DNA of 59,268 nucleotides, the filler included, from Porpidia crustulata (lineage: Eukaryota): the NCBI GenBank assembly GCA_964255105.1. It is 10 parts of 10 records of this genome, joined end to end, with 100 filler letters (N's around TTAATTAATTAA, not from the genome) between each part and the next. Parts side by side here need not be neighbours in the genome. Positions count along the whole stretch, not along the records: positions 1 to 5,857 come from CAXUWE010001684.1; positions 5,958 to 11,809 come from CAXUWE010001685.1; positions 11,910 to 17,754 come from CAXUWE010001686.1; 7 more parts are not named here. One strand, given 5' to 3'. This document shows positions 1-13,134 of the stretch, one piece after another; within the stretch, counting starts at the first letter, position 1; each line of letters opens with the position of its first letter. The translations under genes and the position numbers were made by a program. Below the pieces are notes generated by a model. It saw only the letters and a list, made by a program, of their open reading frames with translations, searched no databases and was not told the origin of the DNA.

Positions 1-3000
1 GTGTATGGGGTGAATAAAGGTGGGGGGTTTGGGAGGGGTTTGGGATTGTGTGTTTGGGATTGTGGATGTTAGTTGGTCGAGAATTTAAGCTGGATTTGAT
101 GAGGCTGGGCGATAAATTATGACAGTCATTTCTTCAGTGTATTGATGGTCTTCATGAATGAATGAAAGTTGGCTCTTAACCAGTGGTGCCAGTGCACGCT
201 GACCTGTCAATACTTCTTGTGCAACTCGTCGTTTGAGAACGTCGAAACTCGAAATCCCCTTTACAAACTCTACCAAAACGTCTAGCCTTGCTAGTAAGTG
301 AGTCTCTCATGGATGTAGACAACCACCCCCCGTAATTCGAAAGGTTGGGTCGCAAAACACAAGGCGTACCATTCTCAAAGTGAGTCACTATATGAAAGGC
401 ACGAGAAGTAAAAAACAAGGCTCGGCAGCAGCTTGCAGTGACAGCAAATCGAACTCGATTTGCATGTCACACAACGCCAGTCAGTCCAAGGGCCAAGGTA
501 AGATGTTGAACAACACTTCATTTGGGAAAGGACTGGGATCATACAAGTTAATTAATGATGGCGGTCTGATTCTCACAGTGCCACGATGCAGAAAAGGCAG
601 GCTGTACAAAAGCACACAAAAGAGTACAGAGGAAGTGTAGATCATATGCAGGAAGTCCAGCTGGTAAAAAGCGAAAATGTAGGCACCAATGAATATCTTT
701 GTTGTGTCCCATATCTATGCACGTTCCGATATCCACACCGTCATCAAGCATTACTACAGGCTTTTCCAGTTCCTGTTCAGGGGTTCTTCCAAAGGGGTGC
801 AGTTTTTCCTGTTTGTGGATATCATGATCGTCGGTGACGATTTACGATTTTGAAGTTTGACGAGGTCTTGCAGATTCTGCGGCCCTGTTAAAATTGTCAA
901 CGTTGCGAGAACTTGCCTAAGCGATGGTTGTAGGTCGACACAATGAGGCCTACAGAAGCGGGCAGCAGAAGATATGCAGTGGAGATCTGCAGTCTCGAGG
1001 TGTTACATGGATTCCTGACATTGTTTTCCTAGGATTGCTTTATTGGATGCGGTGAACTCGAGGTGCCTAATTCGTCGACTGAGATACAAATTTAGTGAAC
1101 CCGAAATAGAGCTAGGGCCGTCCAAAGAAATGTTCTCACGTGGTCTCCTTGCACAGACTTGGAAACCGAACTTCATTTATCAGCCGCTTGGTTTCAATCT
1201 AACACACAGTATCCCTTGAACGTCTCAACCAAAAGTGTTGCTGGTTCATGACTTACGGCACCCACTGTGTGACCCGGGAGTCCTCGAAGACAATAGGCGA
1301 CTTAGCCCCAAATTGCGAGCTTGATGAATCGGATCCCAGAAATTGTTGTGTGGAACACGCAGGGCTAAAAGTAGTTCTCTTGTCTCGTAGCAAAATCGAA
1401 AGTCAAGCTGGCGCGGAGGCAAGATTGAAAGACAACACTCATCTACCGTTACGCTCGAGCCCCAGCATATCCAAATATGCCCCGATTCCAGTGGATGCCA
1501 TGATCAGTGTCGATTGTAGTCCCTCAGCCGTGCTCCCTAGGTATGCAACAGCCTCAATACCGTCACATTTGGCACCGTACAACAAGGGCAGGATGTCCCT
1601 TTCGTAATCGCGCGTGCAATGGATCTGGCAATCAAAGAGCAAAACAGTCACGCCGCAGAATCGATAGGCCGGACGTAGACGAGGCTGAGACCGGTTCTTG
1701 TGCGCTGCGCAAGATCTTCGCAAGGTCCTATACGCGGCCTTCGCGTAGATATTCTGTAGATCACCCCACGCCTACTCTTTTGAAAGATGTTCCAAATCAA
1801 TAGTGGATCATCTGTTACTGCGGCTGTAATGAGCACCATGGTAGACGCATAGTATTGGTTGCAAATGAGGTTGTCGATTGGCTTAGGGTCGAGGGTGTCA
1901 AGTGGAGCATGTAGATATCAAAGCACCAGATTGATTATAGATTTTGATTTTGGGTTGCACTGCGCTTGAGATTCTGCAGATGAGGCCGATCGTACAGGAT
2001 AATTATGCAGAGATGACCGCAGAGCATTCAATGTGCTACCAAAATCGAGCCAATCCGTTTGGGTCGCGTTCGACACATTCTCCGAGCGCAAACCGGTCGA
2101 TGCCGGGGTTCCCAAAACATGGGAGGTCCGTGTTCAACGTGAAGCGCAAAAAAAACCCGGGAGAGCCACCTGCCAATCAGGGCGCTCACCAGACTCGGAT
2201 TGTGACTATATTGTCTGTTTTCCACGCCTGAATCCCACGACTTATGCGAGTGTATCACAACTGGGAGAAGGATTGCGGCCGAGACGGTATGGATTATCTG
2301 AGTGCAGATCTCCAAACAGCAGTAGAGGCCTGGGCGTACAGTAGAAGGATCTGTCGGAAAATTCTCTTTCTCGAATACGATCCAGCAGATTAGTCCGCGT
2401 CCCACCCCACTGTCGAGGATTTGTTTTCCTCTCTCTAGTACCAGGGTGGGACATGATCTCTTGTCGAACAGCTATCCATGACCGTTGCAACGAATCCAAC
2501 GGCCTGAATACTTTAGGCGTCTTAGTATGATTGTATGCATGCTAATCAAAAATTGCGCCTTCTTCAGATGGTGGCGGGGTCTGGAAGCCCACAGTGATAT
2601 CAGCCGACACGCCAATCTACCTCATCCTACAGGCATGGGCAGAGTTAGCAGCGATTTTTGGCGGATGGTTGGGGACTTGGTAATTGGTACTGTTTCGAAA
2701 TAGAAATGTGGATCAGTGGGAGACGTACGGATCACGCAAGCACCTAACCGGACATGTTCCAATTCTCGAATCTCGATGGTATCAAACGTGACACATTTCT
2801 GGCCCCCCGTCTCCCCACTCTGCAGGCGCGCGAGTAGGTTTTGGGGATGACGTTCAATCGGACCGAGACAGTCGCTGTCTCGAGCGAGTAGTTAGTCGTA
2901 CCGCCGCAGTAGTGAGCATAGAACGCACCCATGTCACAGGTTTTCTGCGGTACGCATCATGCCGACAGAGGGTCCAACTCCGAAACCGTCAATTAGCCAC

Positions 3001-4250
3001 TCGTCAAGAGCCTCGTGCATCGAAGCCTTGCTGAATAGAGTCCCGTTGCGAAGCAAGCATGAGGCAGGGCCACGTATGACAACAAATACCGAAGATGAAG
3101 CATCCAATGAATGGGTTATAGGATTGAGGGATTCGGCATGCGTGAGTTGGTTGGCTGCATGGCTGACGGATGACGGATGGTAGAAAAGCACATACTTTGG
3201 TGGGGGTAGGAAGGGTGGAGGGTTAGAAGAGGGTGGTGCAGCTGGTGCAGCCCCGACTAATGCTGGGTGCTGGATAAGCCTGGCTTGGGTCCCGTTGTTA
3301 GTGGTTGCGAGGGCTTGGTTTTGGGGTTATGCACGTCCCTTTCATGCGAGACACCGGTTACAAGGCACCCAGTTAAAAACCCACAAAGTTATTTGTGGAA
3401 TAGGTAGAGTACAGACAAGGAGGAACATCAGCTCTTGATATCCGACTCTGCACTCCTAGGTATTGGTTAGTGGGGGACTACAGCGCGCCAAGCTTAATGG
3501 GCATGATGCTTCATCAGATGCACCAGGTGCTACAAGCATGCACCCATCAAAAGCTCAACAATGAGATCGTGAAGGATAGGTGCCAGTAAATATTTGGCTC
3601 GGTAAAGATTCCTTCCACCCCGAGAAACGCCCGCTATGAGCGGCTCACGTCTTCCTAATATACATCCTGAAAAAGCATTGGTACCAATGATACCAAGGCC
3701 ACGTATTTTAGAATAAGACATCTGATGGAAATGGATGTATCAATGGCGTATCAGCCGACCATTATGCTTGGGTATTTCCGTTCCGTACGCCGTAGAGATC
3801 CGCTCCAAAAAAGAAAAAAGGTAACAATCTAGCCTTCCATACAACCAGACCCCTTACCCAATGCCCCGAAATGTGTATGGATCGTCTTGATTAGATCGTA
3901 CAAGAAAATGTAAGTAGCGGGAAGACAAAACACCTCCTGGCACACCGGCGGGTCAAGTCCACTCTATGTTGGACGACGGCGTAGACAAGCCAAACTCTGG
4001 TCGTGTATTCCGCATCCACTGAATTCGCGCCCCTAGACTTGACTTCCTGAGTGTTTCCCGGGTTATTTGTAATTTCAGAGTGCCTCCCATTATCGACAAA
4101 ACTCCTCTCTTCTCCATCTCTATACTAAATCAAAGATTTTGGCAAGAAAAAGGGGCTCCTTGTATCGTGTAATCGTAATCATCCTAACGTCAAAATGAAT
4201 GAAGCGCAAGCTTTAGAAACTCATGCAGCCGTGTAATTTTCCGCCCAGTC

Positions 4251-5610
4251 CTAGCAAACCTGGAGCAGGGGAACAAACGGGGGTGGAACCATGTCCTTCA
4301 ATACTGGCTCCATTGGAAAGAAATTACCGTAAAAATTGCCCACTGGCTGGGGCGGTATGAAAGTAGGTATTGGGACTTTAGAAGCCTCCCCTTGACTACC
4401 ATTAGAAGACGTGGTCGAGCAACTTGAGCTCGACGAAAAGACTGAGCCATCGTCCGAGGACGAGGATCCATTGGACGAGATTGTGAATTGCGAGTATTGC
4501 GCAGCAACGGGATGGATCGGTGGAGATGGTGTGGGCGAGTACGGCGCCAAAGGGTATTGTTGAAAGGGATTGATTGCATTTGGTGCATTTCCGTATGGCA
4601 TCTCTTCGACATACTGAACATCGCTGAGCGGAGTTGGGGGACCCATATTGGGGCGGCTTGTAAATCTCGAACATCTCAAGATCAGGTTTCTAAGCTCCGG
4701 GATACCTATCCTTTTCCGCGGATCACACTCGAAGATGCGCCTGAGGATCACGTCGAGCTCTGACGATAATGGCAAAATAGAACTCAGGAATTTTGGGTTC
4801 TTGAGGTATGCCCGGAAAGTCGAGTCCTCAATAGAAGCACGTTTCCATGGATTCCGACCACAGGTGAGGTTCACCAGTATGATTCCAAGACTCCATACAT
4901 CATTTGGTCCAGACGCGTAACAGGTAGAACTTGATGTTGTCTGCTGGCATTCTGGTGACGTTAAAATCAGCTATGGGGCCCCCCCAAAAAAAAAGGAAAA
5001 AAAGGCCATAGAAAGTCCTACCTGGAGACATATAGAAGGTCGACCCACAACCAAAATCCGAGGTGAGATGATCCCGAGTGGCAAGACCGAAGTCGGCAAG
5101 CTTGACATTTAGGCCACCATCGGTGACCAGGATATTCTCTGGCTTCAGGTCTCGATGGTAAATTCCGATAGAATGGCAGAAGTCGACGGCGTCCAAAATT
5201 TGAAGGAAAGCACGCTTGGCCATATACTCATCGCCCAAATAGTGGCCACTTTCCGTAATACTAGAGAATAGATCACCTTCTGGGCAAAACTCTAGCACCA
5301 CGTAGGTGCAGTCGTACGAGTCCATGATCTTGATTAACGAAACCACGTTGGGATGATGGCTGGCCTCATGATGGAGTTGTATTTCTCGTTGCTGAAATTT
5401 ACGTTGTCTTGAATCCAACCCGATTTTATTCAGGGCCTTGACCGCGAATGGCATGTCCGTGTGTATATCGACTGCTGTGTAAACCACTCCATAGGCTCCG
5501 ACACCCAGGATACCTGTCAGTTCCAGCCGGTTGGCTAAGATCAGGCCTAGGCGATCCTCTGGAGAGCATATCCCGATTGACGGCGGCGATGGCGGGGGAG
5601 TTGGTAGCAT
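4251..5610 (-). CDS. ran1: Ran1/Pat1-like (Sks1/Vhs1-type) Ser/Thr protein kinase, 2 exons (5610-5022, 4951-4251), 429 aa
   Basis: Kinase motifs [57 protein letters not shown] 70-nt GTAGGA..GCTGAT..CAG intron (5021-4952) joins the two ORFs in frame. Pro/Ser-rich tail. Confidence 0.93.
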
Positions 5611-5857
5611 GACAGTGAAACTGAATACCACAAGTCAAAGCACAAAGAACAAATATCCGAAGCTGATGTCCAATGGGCAAAATCCTGGAGAAATGTTCTA
5701 TGCCTTCGGGGCTCTTAAACAAACCATGGAGACAACAGGAAAAGTACAGTGAGCAGGGTCGGGAGATTGCGCAAGCTGTGATATTAAAAAAGGGCTGATC
5801 AATGAAGGCGAGGGAAGGCAAGGTGAAGAGAGGTGGAGGTGAGGGAGTCGTATGATG

Positions 5858-5957
5858 NNNNNNNNNNNNNNNNNNNNNNNNNNNNNNNNNNNNNNNNNNN
5901 NTTAATTAATTAANNNNNNNNNNNNNNNNNNNNNNNNNNNNNNNNNNNNNNNNNNNN
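5858..5957. other. Artificial contig spacer (N44-TTAATTAATTAA-N44)
   Basis: Identical 100-bp spacers with six-frame stops also at 11810-11909, 17755-17854, 23697-23796, 29635-29734, 35567-35666, 41498-41597, 47427-47526 and 53348-53447. Confidence 0.99.
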
Positions 5958-6010
5958 TTATTTCTTCGTTGATTTACCCCCATAGCTAGGTAGTTAGGAG
6001 GCCCCTAACA
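5958..6010 (-). mobile_element. Repeat terminus (LTR-like, TGTTAGGGG...) at left end of contig 2
   Basis: Its reverse complement matches 11731-11783 at 52/53 nt. It begins with TG at the junction with unique DNA and runs off the contig end. Confidence 0.65.
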
Positions 6011-6808
6011 GGTAGGACTAATCAAGAGAATAGTGAGATTCTTCATTTGGTTCAGGTTCAAGCTTGGCTTGATTGTGAGGCCAATTAAACAGTACTAATT
6101 TTGAAGAAGCTTTTGCTCCAAGAGCCAAATTCCGCTTCTCGATCTTGAAATTTGTCTATAACTCACGGCCAAGATAAGGGCCCTCCACGATTCGTGAATG
6201 TCCAATTCTGATAGTCTGAGTAACCGATCAGTATCGCTCCTTTCCTTCAATTATCTTATATACTATTATCTGTGATCGTGTCCGGGGCCGACAGCAACGC
6301 AAAATTTTGTCGAGATCAGCGGATTACGTGTCCATAACTACTTCTCCCAACTCGCAAAGGTTCGGATAAAGGCCTCTACGATCAGCGTCTAGACACATCT
6401 TTGACTTCTTGAATGCAGGTTCGACAGAGGATTGATATTCAAATGGGGCACAACAGGAGATCGGACACATCATTAAAGATTTGCACGACATTGATTGAAT
6501 TGAATGGTATTGGAATGGGATATAAGATGTTGGTATACAAATATAGATATCTATTCCAAGTATACACATAGAATTATAATTGCTCAAAACTAATCACGAG
6601 TTTACCGTTCCACAATTGAGTGTACATGATGTATACGCGTCAGAGATCCGTACAGATAGCCTTTCTCCACTTTAAAAAAAGGCAAGTACGGGAAAATGTG
6701 TCAAATTGACAATCAAGGATCAACGAAAGAAAATCGATAGCATCTTCTGCTGGCGTGCTTCTAATTCCACACTCGAGTCCAAGTGACTTGTCTCGAGCCG
6801 TCAAAGAT

Positions 6809-8074
6809 CTAGGCAAATTGAGTCGTAGCTTCGGCAGGCTGATTGGAGCGTCGTGCGAGACGTTTCTGGTTTCTAGGACTCGCGGTCGGGGTGTTCTCAC
6901 CATGACCTCTCCAGGTCTTAGTCTCGTGTAGTGCAGTAAAGGGCCCATAGGCGGTTGAAGTGATGTTCTTCCTTGAATCGACATTGACTTGAGCCATGGC
7001 TCCATTGTTGGTGTAGACCTTCAGGGAATTGATGCTCCAGTACGCGTTGGCATAGGCCTGCGGGTTGTTCTGGACGTAGGCCTGGCAGGAGCCTTGGCAT
7101 TGCGGGCTAGCGTCGAACACGCCTGATTGGCCCGCCCAGTCACCTAAAAGGGATGCATTAGTAGGACAAACAATGGATCTTTTACGTAGGGATTTGAGTC
7201 ACCGCAGAAGGTAGTGTCGAAAATGAGATTGTTGTTTGAAAAGTGCGAATCGATGTTGCAATTTGATCCGCCCTGGAAATTAGCGGTCGGAACTCCCCAA
7301 CCCCCGGGGTTGGGATTTGAGCTGTAGGCGTCGCCAGGCGTAGAATCATGAGGCCAAAACCAGATATTGATGGCGCTACTGGTCCACTCCATAGCGTAGA
7401 CACCACCTCCGTTGTTATTAAAGCCATCACTGTACGAAATTCCTCCTCCGCCCTGAACGCCGCAGCCATTATTACCTAGGCAGTTTTCGTTGACCATGGT
7501 GCAGCCATCGCTGGTATGCATGGTCATGGTATTTTGGCTATTGTAGTTAACACCCTCAATAATATCAATTTCGCCGCTTGAGGGCCTGACTCATTGTTAA
7601 CAAGACTTTGCATAACGCTTGACGAAAGACTCAATTACCAATTGGGTCCTGTCATCCAGAACGCGGGCCAGATACCGCAAGCACCTCCTGGCATGTGGCC
7701 AAGATCGAGAACCACAAGTCCGTGAGTGTACTGAATCGTACTTGTGACGCGAAGACTGTTACGGCCGCGGCCAGAGGCTATGCCATTGGAGTCGACGCGC
7801 ATGGTCACCACACCGTTTTGGACGTCCCACAAACCAGCATTCTGGGCGCTGGTTTTGTCCATGAAGTTGACATAGCCATGCGTCGGATCATTCTCCTTAA
7901 ATAGTGAACGAAGTCAGAACAACCATACATGCATGGGCAAACGATCAAGTTCCGTACTGTATCGAAGGTAAACTTATTGAAGAAATTGCCACCACTGTAG
8001 TCATCTGTCAAGCTATAGCCAGCTAAAGCGAAGGGAACCAGCCCCAGAGAGAGTAAAAGAATTATGATATGCAT
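6809..8074 (-). CDS. Secreted GH16 endo-1,3(4)-beta-glucanase (MLG/laminarinase type), 4 exons (8074-7958, 7895-7639, 7585-7203, 7143-6809), 363 aa
   Basis: Signal peptide; DPTHGYVNF, GRNSLRV, WPAFW, catalytic GEIDIIEGVN, GGGVYAMEW, DTTFCGDWAG, YWSINSLKVY. Three GT-AG introns give a continuous frame. Confidence 0.93.
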
Positions 8075-11000
8075 TTCAGACTAGAGAGGAGATAAAGTAC
8101 AGCGGTGTGAGAACTGGGTTGACTGCTTTAGGGACAAAGAAGAGAATGAAAACAAGATGGCGAAGAACGCCTCTATATTATATCCAAGAAGAGAGGGGTA
8201 GATACCAAGCATGTAGATGCTAGTGAGTATTTGCTACATCCTGGAGGTCCTGGAGGACAGGTATGAATCATCTGCAATGGAGACACCTCCAGCAACTTAC
8301 CATCGAACCCTTCACCCTGACTGAGATGAGCCGACAGACACGGTATTCGACTATAATCCCTCTCATTGGGCCGTTGCCTCCAGCAAGGTTACCACGGTTC
8401 ACGAGGTTGAGCCTCATGAAACCATACAGACAGTAGCGTTACATGATGGGTAGTCATTTACCGAATACTATGCCCCGAAAAAAGTGCGTTTTACGTAAAC
8501 AGTCCCAAGAGGGTAGTCAACAACTGATAGTTCTTTAGGGGGAGCACGAGTTCTCCTAACATCTGACAAGTACGGAAGGAGGTATCAGAGAATTTAGAGC
8601 TTGTAGCTTATTTCAAGTCGGCCGCTCAAAGCCAGTCCAAGGGCGGGACACAGAGCCCGCTGACTCCTGGGCGCTGAGGTCATATTGACGATGAGATAGA
8701 GTTCCGTTCGTTTTGCACCGTGTTTAGAGGTCAGTCCAGCGCCCAGTGCATTTTAGCTATGTCGCTCGACTTGATCCGTTCCTATGATCCTTTTGACGAA
8801 CAGTGGTACAAGGAATGGTTGCCCAGGCCAACTTTATAAGTGGGTGGAATGGAAAGGTTGAGAAAAGCCAGAAGCAGAATATAAGCAGCGCAGAACCCTT
8901 GGCGACTTACCCACAGGCCACTGAAGCATTCTATCGACTAGGTGGCCTCATGCTTCACATTTACCGGTCCTGCTCTAGTGCTGTTGAAGTTTAGCCATCC
9001 TGCCGTCCGAGAGCCTGATATCCCCAGCGCTTTCGACTACCAGGATCAAGCTTGGAGTACCTAAAGGTACCGCGAAGGTGTATCATGACGGACTCTAGAG
9101 CGACTCTTGGAATCTCCATCCTTGCCCAGATCAGGTCCTAGCGTGTCGCTTAAGCGCCGCAACCCCATTCGCCTTTGTGACCCTATCGTAGTGCTTGTCT
9201 TCGACACCGCAGTATCACCAACCACCATGCTCGGAGCAACTCCCAGACTTCGAATATGTTCGCCAAAATCAAGCATCATAGCGGAATGCGATACTTGCTC
9301 CTCCACTCAAGCCAGTAAGATCATCTGCCATCTCTGGATGAATCGATTGGACTGTAACATCGGCAGTGTCGATGGGTGTAACGTGCGATAGGCTGTCATG
9401 TGTACGCATGGGAGCTGTCTGCCACGTCTCTACCATAGCGTAGTATTGCTTTGGTCGTGTGTCCCGCACCGCATGGTTGAAATCACGTTTGAAGCGGACG
9501 TTGCTCCGCAAGAGGGTCATGTCCGGGCAGCTCTAATATACTTCTCTCATATAGGGATTATACCCTGATGAGTGGTGTCAAGCCAAATGGCGTGCTAGTC
9601 CACGCCGAGCAACCCAGCGCACCTGAAACATGCCTTCGTTCCTTTGACTCTAAATTGGACATCCCAAAGGGAGATCGAGGATCCATCTCAACCTCATCGC
9701 TCCTGACTTGGTTCTACCTTCCGCGTTGCCGCGCCTTTTTCCAGGTCCGTTCCGGGAAGGAGGTATCCACATGGCAGTAAGGCTATCCACCCCAGACTCT
9801 GTTTCTTTCCATGTGTGCAACTGTTACCCATCTGCCATTTGGGACGGCTGCTTGAGATCGGTGTTGCTGATGTAGTATATCAATGTTCCTCGCGATCACT
9901 GAAAGCCCCTTGTAGCAATAAACTTATCCCCTTTTTGCCTGTCCTGAATGGAATTTGGACTCTGATCGAGGGGTCGCGTAACTCGAAAAGTCGTCACTGG
10001 AAATGTAATCGAGTGTAAGGAGTTCCAGATTGGTGTCATACGCTGATGGAATGGAGAGAGCTCAAGTATGTCACTCTCGGCGACTTTGCACAAACAACAT
10101 CGCGGATTTTGAGCTTGTTTATTCTACTATCACAAGCAGTGACTACTCTACGCTAATGACTCAATTCCACGCCCGATTTTCATGATACTGATTAGGGACG
10201 AGGAATGTGTTTAAGGCTTGCGAGTGCTGTGACAGCTTCTGAACAACTTTGAGAATTTTTAATGCGAGGTGAGGTATAGCCAAAGATTTATGTTATGTCA
10301 CATCCCAGCTCATGGATACACTCAATCATGGACAAATCATTCCTAATCATGGGTAGAGATTTTGTTTGATAAGCTCTCTTCTATAAAGTAGAGGCGATAT
10401 TTCACGAGTTGAAGGACTTGTATTGCTATCTCTATTGATTCAAACATATATCTCACTGTGGCTCTAGGCAGCACAGGCAATACCTTATGTTACTTTTTTC
10501 TATTTGCGAATTTGAACAGATTTAAATTCTTTCCCAAAGAACTTTAGTAATGGATTAAAGAAATGTCTCAAGATGAATCTAGAGGTTATATCGAGAACCA
10601 ATAGAAGATAGGACTGTGAGGTACACAGAGAGTCCATCAAAGGTCTGGATGTAAACCTAGTAAAGGATAATGAAAAAGTTCGATACGGTCTCACAGATCT
10701 GAACTGCGTCAAAGAACCGCGAACACATGCCTATGAGCTTTCCATCAATGTGATTTTTGATTCATTCACTATCAGTGGTGGATATCTACACCAATGGATG
10801 AATGAGGCACTTACGGCGACAACCACCACGGGTTACTCACTGCTCCACGCAATCGAGCGACTCCTTTGAAGGCGGTGCAATAACTTTTGACACCACCTCC
10901 GAGCTGCCGATCAGAGGCATTGGTATGTATGGTTGCGGAAAGTTCAATGAGGTATCGATTAGGTCCTCCTTAGATATGTAGACTGTCATCATGTGTTTGC

Positions 11001-11730
11001 TCTACCCTGCCCTTCTTTGCTCAAGTTGTGTGCGCGTAGTGGGTAGTAATATTTTGATACCGAAGGACTCGAGGGGGACGTTGAGTAGATACTTCGGGTA
11101 TCATATCTGAAAAGACTGACATCTAGTGCGGCTGACACCATTGAACTCACGTTACTTGAACCATGACGCTTCTATGAAGGCTGACAGAGACGTGGAAATC
11201 TTTGTTCCGGACCTACTGCTCCGACTATTAGGCAGGGGATGTATTGGAATTGGAGGATTCGTTTAGAGCACAGTATAGTAAAGTGTTTTTGTTCATATAT
11301 CAATTATGGCATGACTAAGTACGTACGAAGTGATGTTCGTCATCATGTTTATTCAACGTCAAGGACTGAAATTGAAAGTGATAGCGAAGATTCATCGTGA
11401 TAGATTGTTGCCTGAGTACCTCAGACGTGCATCGCTAAGCCCCTTCGGGTTAGCCTTGCTGACTACGCAGCGTGATGGCGGCGTTCTGAGCACAGAACTC
11501 ATTATTTCAGTCAGATATGCGTTAACGTACAGAAAGATGAAAATTCAAGCTCATAGAACGACATCACAACATCATGAATTTCGATCGCAAACTAGTCTCG
11601 TCGCGAGATATAATACGTAATTACATGCAAATGAGTTTACAACATAAATTTACGACGTATTAACATTTTATTACATGCAAAGCAACGTTACATATGCTAT
11701 ATTTTAACGGTAATTTTTTTTTCAATTTCT

Positions 11731-11809
11731 TGTTAGGGGCCTCCTAACTACCTAACTATGGGGGTAAATCAACGAAGAAATAAATGCTAAGGAAGAAAGG
11801 AAATCCGGA
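11731..11809 (+). mobile_element. Repeat terminus (LTR-like, TGTTAGGGG...) at right end of contig 2
   Basis: Inverted copy of 5958-6010 that continues to the contig break. Confidence 0.65.
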
Positions 11810-12445
11810 NNNNNNNNNNNNNNNNNNNNNNNNNNNNNNNNNNNNNNNNNNNNTTAATTAATTAANNNNNNNNNNNNNNNNNNNNNNNNNNNNNNNNNNN
11901 NNNNNNNNNTTTGAGGGGGAGTGGGAGATGGGGATGGGAGGCTGATTCGTGGGGGGTGCAGTGTGCGATTGGGTGCATGGGGTGCCGCAGCTGTTTTGGC
12001 TGTCGGCGGGGAAGACGGTGGCGGTGCCGAGTAATTGCGCAAGGGTACAATTGGAGCAGGAGTACTATGCGGTTTGAGATTTAGTCGGGGTGGTGGGAGA
12101 AGAGGTTCGGTATACTCAAGGTAATGTTTGCTTCGCAGGGCCTAGATTGCGAAGGACTGGGAGATTTGTGGGCTTATATCTTCAATTAACAACGACATTC
12201 TTGCCACCAAGGTTCCTTCCAGTTGTATGGGGAGTTCTTGCTCGAGTTGGGACGAGCTGCGATGTAATTTTTCCGGATTTGGCATCCTCCCAGGACCTAT
12301 CACCCCCTCGTCGCTCTTGCCATGCCAGTTCCAATTGGGTCAACAATCTTCTCTGCACCTGGTCATCTCACCTGGATGCATACCATCACAAGTGCTTTGT
12401 GCTCTGCATCCATCGTCGTTACAAATCAATCCTTCCTAAGGACCC

Positions 12446-13134
12446 ATGGCAGATCAAATTCAAGTCCCGGCGAACGTCTTGACCTCGTTGATAAGTCATT
12501 ACGACAACCGTCAAGGTCACCTCCAGCAGACCCGAGCAGATATAGAGGATTATAAAGAGGGAGTCGACAAGTCCCTCCTGGACCGAGATCCACTAGGCCA
12601 GGCTTATTTGCAGATCGTCACTGACGAATTACTTGACCTGGGAAAGATGCACAAATGTATCATAGAGACCATCGACAGCTCGATCATGCCGGATTGGTGC
12701 GCCATTATCCGCATATATAGGCATGCACCTAAAGAACAATGGCACGACAGCGAGGTCAGCGTTACACTGGACGAAATAGACACACAATTCAGAGAATACC
12801 GAGAACTTGCCATTAACGTTACTTGTCTCATGATTCGTCTTGTCAACAAGGTGTGAATTATCGGTTAATGCCCCAGTGGAAGTTTTATGCTGATACTCTT
12901 CTAGTGCCGCCCGTTTATGGGAGCCAAGGCTGAAGATCAGGGGCTGGATACCGAGAACTTTGGATTTTGTAAGGTGTTCCTGATGCGAGCGAACTTGATC
13001 TTGAGCTGACACGCTACCAGTTGAGGACTGAGCAGCACGATCCATGGATTCTCGTACGAGTTCGGGCAATTACACAGCTTGTCAATGATATGGAGGTCGC
13101 GAAAGAGCGTAGGGTTCACCTTTGTACATCTTGA
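12446..13134 (+). CDS. Hypothetical helical protein, 3 exons (12446-12852, 12905-12968, 13021-13134), 194 aa
   Basis: 136-aa ORF extended by two introns (GTGAAT..GCTGAT..TAG and GTAAGG..GCTGAC..CAG) that keep the frame open. No recognisable domain. Confidence 0.55.

Noticed and set aside
85..3191. Short minus-strand ORFs that could be a decayed gene
   Set aside because: Multiple stops, no consistent splice model and no recognisable motif; would need tBLASTx.
8800..9520. Overlapping short ORFs upstream of the GH16 gene
   Set aside because: No family motif or coherent exon structure.
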